Of a stretch of 64,000 nt of DNA, positions 61,601-64,000 are shown piece by piece. A program made the position numbers and the translations under genes. Source of the stretch: Heterodontus francisci (lineage: Eukaryota); the NCBI RefSeq assembly GCF_036365525.1, contig NC_090378.1, positions 120,203,593-120,267,592 of the forward strand, given 5' to 3'. The notes beneath the pieces were generated by a model. It was not told the DNA's origin. It made no database searches and was given only the letters and a program-made list of their open reading frames with translations. Within the stretch, counting starts at the first letter, position 1; each line of letters starts with the position of its first letter.

Positions 61601-64000
61601 ATCCACTCTGTGTACTCAGGTACATCACACTTCACAATCCAGTCCGTGTACACAGGTACATCACACTTCACAATCCAGTCTGTGTACTCAGGGACATCAC
61701 ACTTCACCATCCGGTCTGTGTACTCAGGTACATCACACTTCACAATCCAGTCTGTGTACTCAGGTACATCACACTTCACAATTCAGTCTGTGTACTCAGG
61801 TACATCACACTTCACAATCCAGTCTGTGTACTCAGGTACATCACAATTCACAATCCATTCTGTGTACTCAGGCACATCACACTTCACAATGCAATCTGTG
61901 TACACAGGAACATCACACTTCACAATCCAGTCTGTGTACACAGGTACATCACACTTGACAATCCACTCTGTGTACTCAGGTACATCACACTTCACAATCC
62001 GTTCTGTGTACTCAGGTACATCACAATTCATAGTCCAGTCTGGGTACTCAGGTGCATCACACTTCATAATCCATTCTGTGTACTCAGGTACATCACTCTT
62101 CACAATCCGGTCTGTGTACTCAGGTACATCACACTTCACAATCCGGTCTGTGTACTCAGGTACATCACACCTCACAATCCAGTCTGTGTACTCAGGAACA
62201 TCACTATTCACAATCCTGTCTGTGTACTCAGGTACATCACACTTCACAATCCGGTCTGAGTACTCAGGTATATCAAACTTCACAATCCGGTCTGTGTACT
62301 CAGAACATCACAATTCACAATCCAGTCTGTGTACTCAGATACATCACACTTCACAATCCAGTCTGTGTACTCAGATACATCACCCTTCACAATCCAATCT
62401 GTGTACTCAGGTACATCACACTTCACAATCCAGTCTATGTACTCAGGTACATCACACTTCACAATCCAGTCTGTGTACTCAGGAACATCACACTTCACAA
62501 TCCAGTCTGTGTACTCAGGTACATCACACTTCACAATCCGGTCTGTGTACTCAGGTACATCACACTTCACAATCCATTCTGTGTACTCAGGAACATCACA
62601 CTTCACAATCCAGTCTGTGTACTCAGGTACATCACACTTCACAATCCAGTCTCTGTGCTCAGGTACATCACACTTCACAATCCATTCTGTGTACTCAGGT
62701 ACATCGCACTTCACAATCCGGTCTGTGTACTCAGGTACTTCACACCTCACAATCCAGTCTGTGTACTCAGGTACATCACACTTCACAATCCAGTCTCTGT
62801 ACTCAGGTACATCACACTTCACAATCCATTCTGTGTACTCAGATACATCACACTTCACAATCCGGTCTGTGTACTCAGATACATCACACTTCACAATCCA
62901 GTCTGTGTACTCAGGTACATCACACTTCACAATCCAGTCTGTGTACTCAGGAAAATCACACTTCACAATCCAGTCTGTGTACTCAGGAAAATCACACTTC
63001 ACAATCCAGTCTGTGTACTCAGGTACATCACACTTCGCAATCCCGTCTGTGTACTCAGGTACATCACACTTCACAATCCATCTGTGTACTCAGGTACATC
63101 ACACTACACAATCCAGTCTCTGTACTCAGGTACATCACACTTCACAATCCATTCTGTGTACTCAGGTACATCACTCTTCACAATCCAGTCTGTGTAGTCA
63201 GGTACATCACACTTCACAATCCTCTCTGTGTACTCAGGTACATCACACTTCACAATCCAGTCCGTGTTCTCAGGTACATCACACTTCACAATCCAGTCTG
63301 TGTACTCAGGTAAATCACACTTCACAATCCAGTCTGTGTACTCTGATACATCACACTTCACAATCCAGTCTGTGTACTCAGGTACATCACACTTCACAAT
63401 CCAGTCTGTGTACTCAGGTACATCACACTTCACAATCCTGTCTGTGTACACAGGTACATCACACTTCACAATCCAGTCTGTGTAATCAGGAACATCACAC
63501 TTCACAATCCAGTCTGTGTACACAGATACATCACCCTTCACAATCCAATCTGTGTACTCGTGTACATCACACTTCACAATCCGGTCTGTGTACTCAGGTA
63601 CATCACACTTCACAATCCAGACTGTGTGCTCAGGTAAATCACACTTCGCAATCCTGTCCGTGTACTCAGGTACATCACACGTCACAATCCGGTCTGTGTA
63701 CTCAGGTACATCACACTTCACAATCCAGTCTGTGTGCTCAGGTACATCACACTTCGCAATCCTGTCCGTGTACTCAGGTACATCACACTTCGCAATCCTG
63801 TCCGTGTACTCAGGTACATCACACTTCACAATCCAGTCCGTGTTCTCAGGTACATCACACTTCGCAATCCAGTCCGTGTATTCAGGTACATCACACTTCA
63901 CAATCCAGTCTGTGTACTCAGGAAAATCACACTTCACAATCCAGTCTGTGTACTCAGGAAAATCACACTTCACAATCCAGTCTGTGTACTCAGGTACATC
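25634..64000. repeat. 36-bp tandem satellite (consensus TCAGGTACATCACACTTCACAATCCAGTCTGTGTAC), at least 38.4 kb, ~1065 copies, runs off the window
   Basis: Continuous head-to-tail units with 0-3 substitutions, two GTAC per unit, no spacers; recurrent 35-bp variants mark larger duplications. Confidence 0.98.

Noticed and set aside
25579-63973. Very long repetitive ORFs (up to 2756 aa) in the 36-bp array as protein-coding genes
   Set aside because: The monomer is a multiple of 3 and happens to lack stops in four of six frames. Overlapping frames on both strands are equally open, stops and frameshifts occur sporadically, and there is no unique domain or supported exon structure.
25634-64000. 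CRISPR array (32- and 36-bp repeat lengths are CRISPR-like)
   Set aside because: Units are directly head-to-tail with no unique spacers, there are no cas genes, and the context is vertebrate.

Overview
Vertebrate genomic DNA, most likely from a cartilaginous fish, judged from the Ig V sequence and the CR1/L2/MITE repeat landscape. The left end (minus strand) holds an intact, unrearranged immunoglobulin kappa-type light-chain V gene: leader exon 779-827, 186-bp intron, V exon 291-592, perfect 12-bp-spacer RSS 263-290, TATA box and a variant octamer. A 61-bp minisatellite abuts the RSS nonamer; J and C would lie beyond the left edge. Bases ~1-10.3 kb are a patchwork of CT tracts, a 281-N gap, Harbinger-like MITEs, L2 and CR1 LINE fragments and a 43/44-bp minisatellite. 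This part also contains a ~240-bp unique island with a PU.1/IRF composite site plus E-box and RUNX motifs (candidate B-cell enhancer), and an orphan candidate terminal exon. About 83% of the window is two giant tandem arrays: a 32-bp satellite (10377-24993, ~457 copies) and a 36-bp satellite (25634 to the window end, ~1065 copies). They are separated by 640 bp containing a 23-bp minisatellite. Nearly all long ORFs in the track are artefacts of these stop-poor repeats. No CRISPR array, RNA gene or intact transposon is supported. I found no demonstrably new system; the regulatory and satellite ideas below are hypotheses.
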